A stretch of DNA of 64,000 nucleotides from Octopus sinensis (lineage: Eukaryota). The translations under genes were made by a program, and so were the position numbers. The notes below the pieces were generated by a model that was given only the letters and a program-made list of their open reading frames with translations, ran no database searches and was not told the DNA's origin. Position 1 is the first letter of the stretch. The number at the start of each line of letters is the position of its first letter. Positions 24,429 through 36,293 of the stretch are shown piece by piece. The DNA lies in NCBI RefSeq assembly GCF_006345805.1, contig NW_021836295.1, positions 1 to 64,000 on the forward strand. Reading direction: 5' to 3'.

Positions 24429-25001
24429 TTAAGAATGGAAGGGAGGTATGAAAAAAGAAAATAGAATTGAAATAACCCCAATGGATGTACGGCCACCTTG
24501 GAACAATCGGAGAATATAACAGAAATCCCAGATCTTCGCGACCACCATATGAATGTGCACCCATTATAAATTTCTACCTACGTCCTATAGATGCATCTTC
24601 AGAGTAAACTCACCCACCCAGCGCATGCTCGTCTCTTTCACCCAACTTCGAGAGCAGTGTTCCTGTCGCTACCGACAGCTGTTCACCTATCATCAGACAC
24701 AGTACAATTTGTCTGCGTTTGCATCAGCACACACAGGGCATCGACGCGGTAATTGTCAGACGGTTGCAACTGCCTGTCACTGTTGCCTGTCTCTTCCTTT
24801 CCCTATTTCTGTTGCGTCTTTTCTTTGTCTGCCCCGCTTCCATTCGTCTCTATAACTTATTCTAGTTGTCTGTAACTGTCAGCCGATCCTTCCATCAGTT
24901 TCTACTGCACATAATATTCCCTTTACTACAAGTAGTTATTTTATTCGTCACATTTTTTTCTGGTGCATGAACGCTTTCAGAAGCAATAAGTAATCTCGCC
25001 A

Positions 25002-25400
25002 GGCGTAGGAGTGGCTGTGTGGTAAGTAGCTTACTTACAAACCACATGGTTCCGGGTTCAGTCCCACTGCGGGCAAGTGTCTTCTACTATTGCCTCGGGC
25101 CGACCAAAGCCTTGTGAGTAGATTTGGTAGACGGAAACTGAAAGAATCCCCTCGTATATATGTATATATATACATATGTATGTGCGTGTATACGTTTGTG
25201 TGTCTGTGTTTGTCACCCCCACCCAACATCGTTTGACAAGCAATGCTGGTGTGTTTACATCCCCGTAACTTAGCGGTTCGGCAAAAACGACCGATAGAAT
25301 GAGTACTAGGCTTACAAAGAATAAGTCCTGAGGTCGATTTGCTCGACTAAAGGTGGTACTCCAGCATGGCCACAGTCAAATGACCGAAACAAGGAAAAAG
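25002..25400 (+). mobile_element. SINE family B (small deletion in head)
   Basis: Homology to family B. Confidence 0.88.
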
Positions 25401-25802
25401 AGGAGACCATATTTAGAAACATTCCACTTAATAGCATGATTAGAGAAATACACAACTGTGATTAGGGTTAATAGGCATCTGAAGGTACCGCATTCACTGA
25501 TGCTCATTTCCAGATCCTTACATCCAGTACCTGACCTTTTCCCACAATTCCTACAATAACCATCATATGGTTATTTCCGGTTGTACCCGTACTACTTGCT
25601 CTTCCGTGTCAGTACGGTAAATGAAGGGTACGAAACTCATACACAGAATAGTAGAGTGCCTCTTCACTTTCGCTTCTGTGTGAAATCGCAGCAGCGTGAT
25701 TGGCCATATCTCCCTCAAATATCTTTAAAACACTTTTTTCTGATCGAGAAGGTCAAGGTTCCAGTAACCATGGTTCCACTGACTTATTATAACCTTTATT
25801 AC

Positions 25803-25970
25803 TAAGGAGGCAAGCTGGTAGTCTCGTTCGCATGCCAGACAAAATGATTAGCGGTTTTTCGTTCGTCTTTGCGTTTTGAGTACAAATTTTGCCTATCATC
25901 CTTTCAAGGTCGATAAAATAAGTACCCCACAAAATTTCAGGCCTTGGACCTTTAGTAGAAAGTATTATTA
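25803..25970 (+). mobile_element. SINE A2, internally deleted, ATT-type tail
   Basis: A-type head plus AAATTTCAGGCCTTG..TAGTAGAAAGTATTATT tail. Confidence 0.65.
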
Positions 25971-26212
25971 TAGCCGCACTTATTGTTTTTGTTGTTGCTG
26001 TTTTTTCTAACATAGATATAAAGGCATAATGTCATCCATTGTGACGGATTTTATTGTCAAGTATATTTTGCTGGTGTTTATTTTTACGATCTTGGTGGAA
26101 TTTGAACTCAGAACATAGGGAGGGATAATTAAATAATTGCTGTTAAGGCAAAGGTTGTTGGTGTGGGAGAAAAAAAGGAAGTATTATGTACAGTAGAAAC
26201 TAAAGGAATAAT

Positions 26213-26800
26213 GGCGGCGAGAGGGCGAAATGCGTAGCCGTATTTCGTCTGCCGCTACGTTCTGAGCTCAAATTTTGCCAAGGTCGACTTTGCCTTTCAT
26301 CCTTTCGGGGTCGATTAAATAAGTACCAGTTACGCACTGGGGTCGATATAACCGACTTAATCTGTTTGTCTGTCCTTTTTTGTCCTCTCTGTGTTTAGCC
26401 CTTTGTGGGTAGTAAAGAATAGGTATTCCGCCTGCCGTTACGTTGTGAGTTCAAATTCCGCCGAGGGTGACTTTGCCTTTCACCTTTTCGGGGTCGATAA
26501 ATTAAGTACCAGTTGTGTACTGGGATCGATCTAATCGACTTAATCCGTCTGTCTGTCTTTGTTTGTCCCCTCTGTGTTTAACCCCCTGTGGGTAGTAAAG
26601 AAATAGAAATAGGTATTTCGCCAGCCATTACGTTCTGAGTTTAAATTCCGCCGAGGTCGACTTTGCCTTTCATCCTTTCGGGGTCGATTAAATAAGTACC
26701 AGTTACGTACTGGGGTAGATCTAATCGACTTAATCCGTCTGTCTGTCCTTGTTTGTCTCCTCTGTGTGTAACCCCTTGTGGGCAGTAAAGAAATAAGAAA
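26213..26800 (+). mobile_element. SINE family A trimer
   Basis: Junctions AAGAATAG|GTATTCCG (about 26420) and AGAAATAG|GTATTTCG (about 26612). Confidence 0.9.
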
Positions 26801-27607
26801 CTGAAGGAATGATTATCTGACAGGTACAGACAATCAGAATAAGTGACAGAGACGAAAAGAAAGAGATAAATAGGGGAAGAAATAGAGAAGGAGAGAAAGA
26901 AGAAGTAAGGTATCGGTGATAGAGAGACAGAGAAATAGACAGACGGTAAAAAAAAAAATGTAGAAATATAGGTAGGAAGAATGGTAGGGAAGTGTGAAAT
27001 CTGTACAGAACGTAAAGTGAAAAATAAGATAGACAGTGCCAGACATACACAGACATAAAAAGAAAAAGTAGGAATTGAGACGTGAAAAAATTATATAACG
27101 AACAGATTAAAGAGAGAGAGTGAGAACGAAAGTGACAGAGAGAAAGAGAGACAGGAGATAGGGAGAGCGACAGACAGAAGATGTCATTGCTATTTATTTT
27201 ACCGTTTTTATTTAAGCCGAGTGAAAGTTCTTTGACACATTCTATGGCGAGTCGAGATATTAAACAAACAAGTACAATCCTCCTGTGGTATGAAGTTGTT
27301 GATATAATATAAATACGTTAATTATATCATATGCACACACATACAGATAGAAATTGTAGCATGAACGTCTATGCACATATACAAAGAAACGTTCGCATAT
27401 ATACAGACGCGTGCACAGACACTCAGAAATACCGATACATATAAACGCATACATTTATCTGGAGAAACACGGCAACACATATGCAAATGTATAATTCACG
27501 TATTATATCGTTTATACGTATATAATCTAATTATTTACATAAATATATCATATAATCAATGTTACGAAAAGTATCGTATATTTGGTAAGGATATAACCTA
27601 CACGAGT

Positions 27608-27780
27608 AAGGCGGCGAGCTGACAGAATCGTCGACGTGCCGAACAAAACAATCAGCAGCATTTAGGCCGACTTTATATTCTTCCTCTTTCTCTTTATGCA
27701 CTTGCACGATGGGGCTGGGATCATCCCAGATTAGGGGTCTCAGTGGCGTCATTGTTCGTAGTTCAAATTCCACCGAGGAA
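27608..27780 (+). mobile_element. Degenerate SINE A head
   Basis: AAGGCGGCGAGCTGACAGAATCG..AGTTCAAATTCCACCGAGG. Confidence 0.5.
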
Positions 27781-27804
27781 TTTAGAAAACCTAAATTGAG
27801 TCGG

Positions 27805-28106
27805 GTGGAGACACATGGCCTAGTGGTTAGAGCAGCGGAGCCGCGGTCGAGGAATCGCGGGTTCGAATCTCAGACCGGGTGATGTGTGTGCTTATGAGCG
27901 AAACACCTAAGCTCCATGCGGCTCCGGCAGAAGGTAATGGCGAACTTCTGCTGACTCTTTCGCCACAACTTTCTCTCACTCTTTCCTCCTGCATCTTGCA
28001 GCTCACCTGCGACGGACCGGCGTCCCGTTCAGGTGGGGAGCCTATACGCCAAGGAAACCGTGAAAACCGGCCCTATGAGCCAGGTATGGCTCGAGAAGGA
28101 ACAAAC
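27805..28106 (+). mobile_element. tRNA-derived SINE family C with 12-bp TSD
   Basis: A box TGGCCTAGTGG (27816), B box GGTTCGAATCT (27860); TSD AAATTGAGTCGG at 27793-27804 and 28107-28118. Confidence 0.92.
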
Positions 28107-29247
28107 AAATTGAGTCGGACTTTCATTATTTGCAAGCTCTTCAACACGCCGATAATCTTTCATTCTGAAAAGGACCCAGTGTAGTTCGGGTCTCGAAGCG
28201 GGCAAAAACGTCCTACATCCCCATTACGATTTCAGTAGCGCATTTGTTATGAATAAAGTGTTAAAGGCTCGAACATCCTGCTTGTAGTCCCTCCCCCACC
28301 CTTGGAGAGGGGTCCCATCCAATTACATATTTAATCATAATCTGATCCAAATTATTTGTACAAATCCACTATAGCATCTATTAATCCTTCCTTTCTTCAT
28401 GAAACACTGTGAAAACAATGGAGATGCCCCAGCCGTCACCTTACTCTACCCTTAAGTTCAATTTCCTTTTGGGGTGGTTTCTTTTAGTTTGTGTCTATAG
28501 TTATTTCTCTGAAAGGTTGTCCTAGTTGTTCGTCCACCATCTTCTTACCACAAAGCAATGAAGTAGTGCAATGAAGAAGACCTCAGCATTGCTCGCTTTT
28601 AGAGCCGAGGTTGAGGTAGGCTTTCCAGCCGCCATCGGAGTGACAACCGAGTAGTTATGAGACAGAAGTTGTTACTAGAAAAACCGCCCTCGCAACTATG
28701 GTCGCCGGTGCTTCGTAGACGAAGACCTGCTGCTCCCCGCTGTCTTAACTTCTCTTCAGTTTCTTCAGCTTTTAATGAGACGCTTGCTTTCAATTCTATA
28801 ACAACTGTACTTTTATTCATCAGTCTCATCACTTATTCTCAGCATGTGCCTGTGATCTTCAAAGGTCATTAGAACTTGTCTGTTCATGCTGATCTTTCTT
28901 AACCACATGTTATTCTTCACTATTTGTACAATTATCAACCGCCTATATTGTGCTGTCACGTTGAGAACTAACCAGGGTCAATGACACTTGCGAGGATCTC
29001 GTTGCCTCTAGGTTACGCTGCCCCATGTACAAGGATATAAACCTAGAAACAATTTCTCAGAAATCTCCGCGTTGCGCTGCATCTCGCCATCGGTTTTGAA
29101 AATGAAACAGCAGTGTCCTAACTTCTGCCCTTCTTTAAGAGCAAGATACTCGTTCAGATGTCTGTTAGGATTCCTGCATCTGGTCCCACGAAGATACAGA
29201 GAATCCCACCACCACCGATTCTTTTGTAAGCGATATGTCTTTTTCTC

Positions 29248-29471
29248 TCTTTTACTTGTTTAGGTCATTTGACTGTGGCCATGCTGGAGCACCGCCTTTA
29301 GTCGAGCAAATCTACCCCAGAATTTATTCTTTGTAAGCCTAGTGCTTATTCTATCCGTCTCTTGTGCCGAACCGCTAAGTTACGGGAACGTAAACACACG
29401 AGCATCGGCTGTCAAGTGATGTTGGGGGGGGAGACAAACACAGACATGCAAACACACACACACACACACAC

Positions 29472-29557
<86 letters not shown>

Positions 29558-29732
29558 CAGACATATATACGACGGGCTTCTTTCAGTTTCTGTCTACCAA
29601 ATCCACTCACAAGGCTTCGGTCGGCCCGAGGCTATAGTAGAAGACACTTGCCCAAGGTACCACGCAGTGGGAATGACCCCGGGACAATGTGGTTGGTAAG
29701 TAAGCTACTTACCACACAGCCACTCCTACGCC
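29248..29732 (-). mobile_element. SINE family B with internal (CA)n-(TA)n-(GATA)n
   Basis: Full-length homology; compound internal microsatellite about 29450-29570. Confidence 0.9.
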
Positions 29733-30007
29733 TAAGTAATAGCCCACTCCTATGAAAATTTTCTAGCAAGAAAATATGCACTTTCAGTATGATTTGGCCA
29801 AGTTTTTGTTTTAAGCTATGATTTTTTAAATATTCAAACAACAACAAATCGAAACAAAAGAGGGTAGAAGGTAAAGACGCCCCCTCCGGTCATAAACCAT
29901 CATGGGATAGCATCTAGAAAGTCCCCCCCCCCCGAGGCACCAGTCTCTTAGCACTACTCAGTCGCTACCTTAAGATACAATTTGAACATATATATATATA
30001 TATATAT

Positions 30008-30314
30008 GAGAGACCCCCTTCGGTCATGAGTGACCATGGGATTGCACCTAGAAAGTTACCCTCCCAAGCACATTCGGGGCAAGGTTGTTTATGGAAGACG
30101 AGCAGTCGCCCATGCATACCAGCCTCCCCTCTCTACGCCACCAATGTTTTCCAAGGAAAAGGCAAATTCCGATACAGCTTGGCACCTGTGACGTGGCAAC
30201 TCATTTCTACAGCTGAGTGAACTGGAGCAACGTGAAATAAAGTGTCTTGCTCAAGAGCACAACACACAGACCGATCAAGAAATCGAACTCACGGCCTCAT
30301 AATTGTGAGCCCGA
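30008..30314 (-). mobile_element. CORE-type SINE family D2, 3' end at (TA)n
   Basis: Homologous to 54705-55038; core block GGAGCAACGTGAAATAAAGTGTCTTGCTCAAG. Confidence 0.8.
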
Positions 30315-30479
30315 TGTAAACAAAGCAAGTAACACTAATATTTATACTTTAAAAGATATGCAGTCAGATACATCTTGCACTATGATACGATCAAGGTTAT
30401 TAACTAAATTCATAATCGAAGCAGAGTTTTCAAGTTGTCCTGGTCGAAAAGTGTAGTTTCCTATATAACCACTAGACTG

Positions 30480-30690
30480 TATTACATAATATAAGGGTGA
30501 TGACCTGTAAGCGGACATCCATTATACTAGAAGATCTGCCATGGTCTTACCACTAAGAAAGGAATGTTCTCAAGAAAATTTAGCAAACTTTCTTGAGAAC
30601 ATTCCTTTCTTAGCGGTAAGACCATAGCGGATCTTCTTCTAGCATAATGGATATCCACTTTCAGTTCATCTCTCTTATATGTATGTAATA
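30480..30690. mobile_element. Foldback/MITE-like inverted repeat (about 100-bp arms)
   Basis: TATTACATA..GGTCTTACCACTAAGAAAGGAATGTTCTCAAGAAA versus TTTCTTGAGAACATTCCTTTCTTAGCGGTAAGACC..TATGTAATA. Confidence 0.85.
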
Positions 30691-31105
30691 TAATTTTTTC
30701 TGAAACTTCAGATTTTTCAATATGCTAGACCACTGGTTTTAAATTGATAGTAATCAAACGAATATTCAGTTTTTCACCCTTATTATTTTAAATTTAAATA
30801 ACCACTGGGTTGTGTAGGAATGTCTGCCTGCTATTCAAGCCGATGGCAAAGAGAATTAAGGTGAGGTGTCAGATGGAGTTGGTACTATACTCACCTGCCA
30901 GCATATTTGTACTGTAATATATGAGAATAATGATAAACGGAATATGATAAAAAATCACTGGAAACCAGTATGACTTTTGGCTCACTGTCGCAATTTTTGT
31001 ATTTTATGGAATCATGATGATAGACACAGGCAGACAGACAGAGAGACAGGCAGGCAGACAGACAGGCAGACAAGCAGACAGACAAATTGACAGACAGACA
31101 GACAG

Positions 31106-31155
<50 letters not shown>

Positions 31156-31381
31156 AGTAATTGATTAACTGACTGATTGATCGATTGATAACATGCTGAA
31201 TTCAATAAACAATTCGATATATATATATATATGTGAAATAGAAAGATGAATAATCTTGTTGCAGATTAATCAAAAGTTTAACCGATACCTTGGTAGCAAA
31301 AATCACAGCAGAAGACAGCACGGTTGGAGGTACAACCATATGGTGTTGCAACCGTGCGTTGGTGCGGATAATTGAATTTTA

Positions 31382-31556
31382 ATATTATTAGTGAATTGAA
31401 GAAATGGAGTTGAACGAAGATTGAACAGAAATCCTTTTATTTCATTCTACACGTGTTCAATCGGAATTTGGTAAATTGTGCCTTTCGAAACACGTGTAGA
31501 ATGAAATAAAAGGATTTCTGTTCAATCTTCGTTCAACTCCATTTCTTCAATTCACT

Positions 31557-31564
<8 letters not shown>
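31382..31564. repeat. Perfect 76-bp inverted repeat with 31-nt spacer, abutting (TA)n
   Basis: 31382-31457 is the exact reverse complement of 31489-31564 (checked by eye). Confidence 0.95.
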
Positions 31565-31603
<39 letters not shown>

Positions 31604-31806
31604 CACGCACATACTCAGATACAGAAACAGACAGACAGGCAAACAGACAGCCAGAAACAGAGACACAGACTGAGCGAAAGAAGAGAGTGAGAGAGTGGGG
31701 GGGAGCAGAGAAAACAGAAATAAAAGTTCCCTACTTAGCCTGTAACATACCTATATCAGTTTGGTAGCTTTCTGTATTTATTTTTTTCCTTTAGTCTTTC
31801 TCTTAG

Positions 31807-32014
31807 CTACATCTTTGCCTGCATGTACATAAACCATGTGGCGAGGTTCTCGCAATTTCTGTAGCTTCTCAACAGGCTTCCGCTATTACACAACATCGTA
31901 CTGCTGCGCCAGCATATCTTCAAATCTGCAAGTTCTATTAGGACTTCTCCTATCATCATCAGTCTTTAAAGCAAAACTCCGTTCTCGGGCGTTCTTTGAT
32001 TATAATTCAATCAG
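31807..32014 (+). other. Candidate host exon (ATG at 31836, open to the donor)
   Basis: Polypyrimidine acceptor TTTTTTTCCTTTAGTCTTTCTCTTAG|; donor CAG|GTGAGT; unique sequence; no recognised homology. Confidence 0.3.
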
Positions 32015-32300
32015 GTGAGTCGACTACAACGTCTGTGACGAAGGGTAGGGTCGCCTAATTTGGTGATAGTGATGCAGTCTGCTCCTACCTGAATACCAAT
32101 TCTTTTTTTACTGATTTGTAAAAGAAAGAATGGCACCCACCGTGTGTCTGTTATATTGAAGGTTTTCTAAACTGAAAAGAGGAATGCAGGATGTTGTCCT
32201 CAAATAGAAAACTTGGTTGGAATGCTTGCAAAGGACTGTTATTCACTAAAGCCACTAGGAGGAAACGTTAAACTGGGTGACAAATTAATTCTCAAGCCCA

Positions 32301-32473
32301 AGGCGCAGGAGTGGCTGTGTGGTAAGTAGCTTGCTAACCAACCACATGGTTCCGGGTTCAGTCCCACTGCGTGGCATCTTGGGCAAGTGTCTTCTGCTAT
32401 AGCCCCGGGGCCGACCAATGCCTTGTGAGTGGATTTGGTAGACGGAAACTGAAAGATACCTGTCGTATATACG

Positions 32474-32508
<35 letters not shown>

Positions 32509-32735
32509 GTGTATGTGTGTGTGTTTGTGTGTGTGTGTTTGTCCCCCTAGCATTGCTTGACAACCGATGCTGGTGTGTTTACGTCTCCGTCACATAGCGG
32601 TTCGGCAAAAGAGACCGATAGAATAAGTACTGGGCTTACAAAGAATGAGTCCTGGGGTCGATTTGCTCGACTAAAGGCGGTGCTCCAGCATGGCTGCAGT
32701 CAAATAACTGAAACAAGTAAAAGAGTAAAAGAGTA
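32301..32735 (+). mobile_element. SINE family B
   Basis: Full length, young-looking copy. Confidence 0.92.
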
Positions 32736-33543
32736 GACAAAACAAAAACTGAGGCAGGATTCTGCATAGCGCACGCCATTTAACTTTATTTTATTTTTTA
32801 GAATTTTCAGAAAAGGTTTGTAAATCTGTGTTCTACACAAGGGAAGTCATACGACTGCACCCCACCCACAAGATTTTTCTTTTAATTTTTCGAACTTTTT
32901 TTTTTTTACATCGCCGTTTAAAATACCGACAGTCCGAATTTTTGGCTGAAATTCTAGCAATAGACCATTAAATATGCTTATAGGAAGAAAGATATCGAAA
33001 AAAATCAAAACTGACAAGCAATCGTGGACTGTATGAGGTGGTCGTGAGATGTGCTAGAAATAACAGCTAAATATACCTTAAATCACACAATAAAAATCTT
33101 TTTCTTTTTCTTTTTTGCATAGTCGTATGATTTCCCGTGTGTATAACACAAATTCGCAAAAAAAGATTCTGAAAGTTCCAAAAAATAAAAAAATGTTGAG
33201 GGATTATATGCCGTGCGTAAAGAAGAATTCCGCCAATACTGCAAGTCATCTCGTTCAAACGCTCCAATAATTCTGTCAACCTGATGCTCGGAAGAGATAC
33301 TTTATTTTACCAGCAACAAATGGGTGAAAAGCAAATTTGCAGCAGGTGAATATGAATTAAGAGTAAGCACACAGAGTAAAACATACCGGTCCCGGAGACG
33401 AATACCGATATTTCGAGTTGTTCGCTTGAAAAATTGTGAAATATTTTGTCGGCATGAAACCATTAGTTTCTTAATCCACAAATAAAGGATAATTATTCAC
33501 CAGTGTGATGGTGAACACTCATTTCCACAATCCAATACTAGCG

Positions 33544-33577
<34 letters not shown>

Positions 33578-33704
33578 TGTATGTATGTAGATAGATAGAT
33601 ACATACATACTACATACATACATACATACATACATACATACATACATACATACATACATACATACATACATACATACAAACAGACGAGCAGACAGACAAA
33701 TAGA

Positions 33705-34724
33705 TTTTTTTATTTTGCCACGCAGGGTTGAACACAGAGGGAACAATACGAAGAATTTTTTTTTGTTTTGAAACCGATCAATAGGGATCGAAATAGGTTT
33801 TGTGGCGTGTAAAAAAGTAGATAACAAGGTGTCGTTTTTAACAATTTAAATTCCCAAAAGAGGGAGAAAATATAACACTGACTAGAGTTATTCGAAGAGC
33901 GAAAAACCTACGTAAACAATCCACAGTAACCTCAGGAAAACGAAAAAATGAGAGCAAAGTGCCCTCTCTCTATTTGTTTAATAAGTTCATGCTCAAAGTG
34001 GTTCCGTCATCCATGCGTTCTTTGCTACATTCCCCCACCTTTTATTAAACCTTTTATTAGATAAAACCTCCATCTCTATTCCTTTTCAAGTGATACTCCA
34101 AAAGTTTGTTGATCAGAGATTGACCTTTCAAAAGAGTCCACCATACACGCTCTTTCGCCTTAGCCACCAGTACTATGAAAACCGGCTTCTCTTCCCGGTT
34201 AAAGGAAGGAGGCGGACAATATTTACGATAGACTCGGTTGACAAACGATTTGTCCCACACGTGACAGAAGCCGTTCGACATAGGTCCACAGCTATGAAAT
34301 ATGAGGACATTGAACGAGTGTGTGCAGAACGGTTCCGTTCTTCTGACCGCATCTTGGGCAGGTCGGTTCGGTGTTTCTTGAACTGTAACTCCTGTCGATG
34401 CTCAAAATCTCCTCAAGAACGTCGTTGGACTTCACCTCCGCTAGTCCTCTATCGAATGCCTTGGTGGAATTGAAATGACCAAAGCAGAGCTGTTCAAGAG
34501 CATGGCGACACTCGCAATGCCATTCGCTCACCCTCGGTCTCTGCTTGATCCATGATTGCAGTTCGGTCAATGAGAATAGCTGTGGAAAAGCGCGCCTCAG
34601 AAACGGCGACCACTCGTGTTCACCGTCGTCTTTCAAAAGATGGAGATGTCGCAGTCTCAGCGCATCCCTGCGCATTATCAACCACGGCATACCCAGCCTT
34701 CCATTTAGCGGATGTTAACAGCAA
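33705..34724 (-). mobile_element. Tx1/L1-clade LINE copy 2, divergent subfamily, 5'-truncated
   Basis: ORF 34292-34690 MPWLIMRRDALRLRHL..CPRCGQKNGTVLHTLVQC is homologous to copy 4; about 40-codon internal deletion; (GATA)n at 34730-34885 and degenerate GACA/GATA at the 3' end. Confidence 0.9.
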
Positions 34725-34729
34725 GACAA

Positions 34730-34812
<83 letters not shown>

Positions 34813-34830
34813 TAGATATAGATAGGTAGC

Positions 34831-34864
<34 letters not shown>

Positions 34865-35323
34865 TGGATGGATAGATAGATAGATACATACATACATACA
34901 TACAAACATGCGTACATATATATACACACACTCAAACAAACACATACGTACACACACATATATATGCATGTGCGTTCTGTACATGAACACACACGCACAC
35001 TAACATAATATATATGGTGTGTGGTGTATGTATGTATGTATATATATTTATATTTATATATATGCACACACACATATGTATATATCATATATAAGTGTGT
35101 ATACACATACAGACACGCACACACACACACACAGACGCACAAACACACACATATATATATACATACACACATATATATATATATACATATATATATTTAT
35201 ACACACATATATATATATATACATATATATACATATATATATATACATATATATACATATATATACATATATATACATATATACATATATAATACATACA
35301 TATATGCATACATATATATATAT

Positions 35324-35359
<36 letters not shown>

Positions 35360-35530
35360 ACATGTATATTCTGATGGGTACGTATGTTCAAATATACATA
35401 TATATATATACACACACAGTACATATATGTACGTGCATTTGTGTGTGAATGTGTGTGAGCGTGTGTGTGTGAGTGTGTGTAACTGTGTATGTGTGTATGT
35501 GTGTGTGTGTTGTGTGTTTGTGCGTGCGCG
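34730..35530. repeat. (GATA)n-(GA)n-(TACA)n-(TA/CA)n compound microsatellite
   Basis: Direct observation. Confidence 0.9.
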
Positions 35531-35831
35531 TGTGTGTGTGTGTAAATAACTCAGTCTATCATCTTTATTCATGACATACATCTCAGAGATATGATTGCAG
35601 CGAGACAATGCCATAACCGTCATGTTGGACACAGACAATAATTGGAAGTTTCGCTTCACTTGTTAAAACGGATTTTCTCAGATTTTTTTTCTTCTTTTTG
35701 TTCTTTTCTTTTTTTCTTCTTTTCCTTACTCGTTTATCAATTCCACAATCTTTCAAGACTAGCTCAACTTTAATGACGTGTCAGATCGATGTCAATATGG
35801 CTGATTTGTGTAAGAGAAACATAGCAGCAGC

Positions 35832-35864
<33 letters not shown>

Positions 35865-35964
35865 AATAATAATAATAATAAATTTTCACAGTGGTGCTCA
35901 TTGGCGTCTTTGCTTCTGTTTAGTTTCAGTATTATCATTTTCACTTTTATCATTTTATCATCAA

Positions 35965-36002
<38 letters not shown>

Positions 36003-36228
36003 GTTAACAGTACTAGTAGTAGTATTCGACATAGTAGTAGTAGTAGTAGTAGTAGCAGTAGTAGTAGTTGTGTTAGCAGCAGCGTCAGTGGTAATTGTAT
36101 TATTATTGTTGTTGTTGTTGTTGTTGTTTTTGTTGATATTATTATTGTTCTTGTTGTTATTATTATTAATTTTGACTGAGAGAGCAGTGCATGCCATCAA
36201 AGTGACACTGGGGTATTATTATTAATAA

Positions 36229-36293
<65 letters not shown>

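Noticed and set aside
27805-27880. tRNA-like sequence with A and B boxes
   Set aside because: It continues into a SINE body bounded by TSDs and lacks a convincing acceptor stem, so it is a SINE head rather than a tRNA gene.
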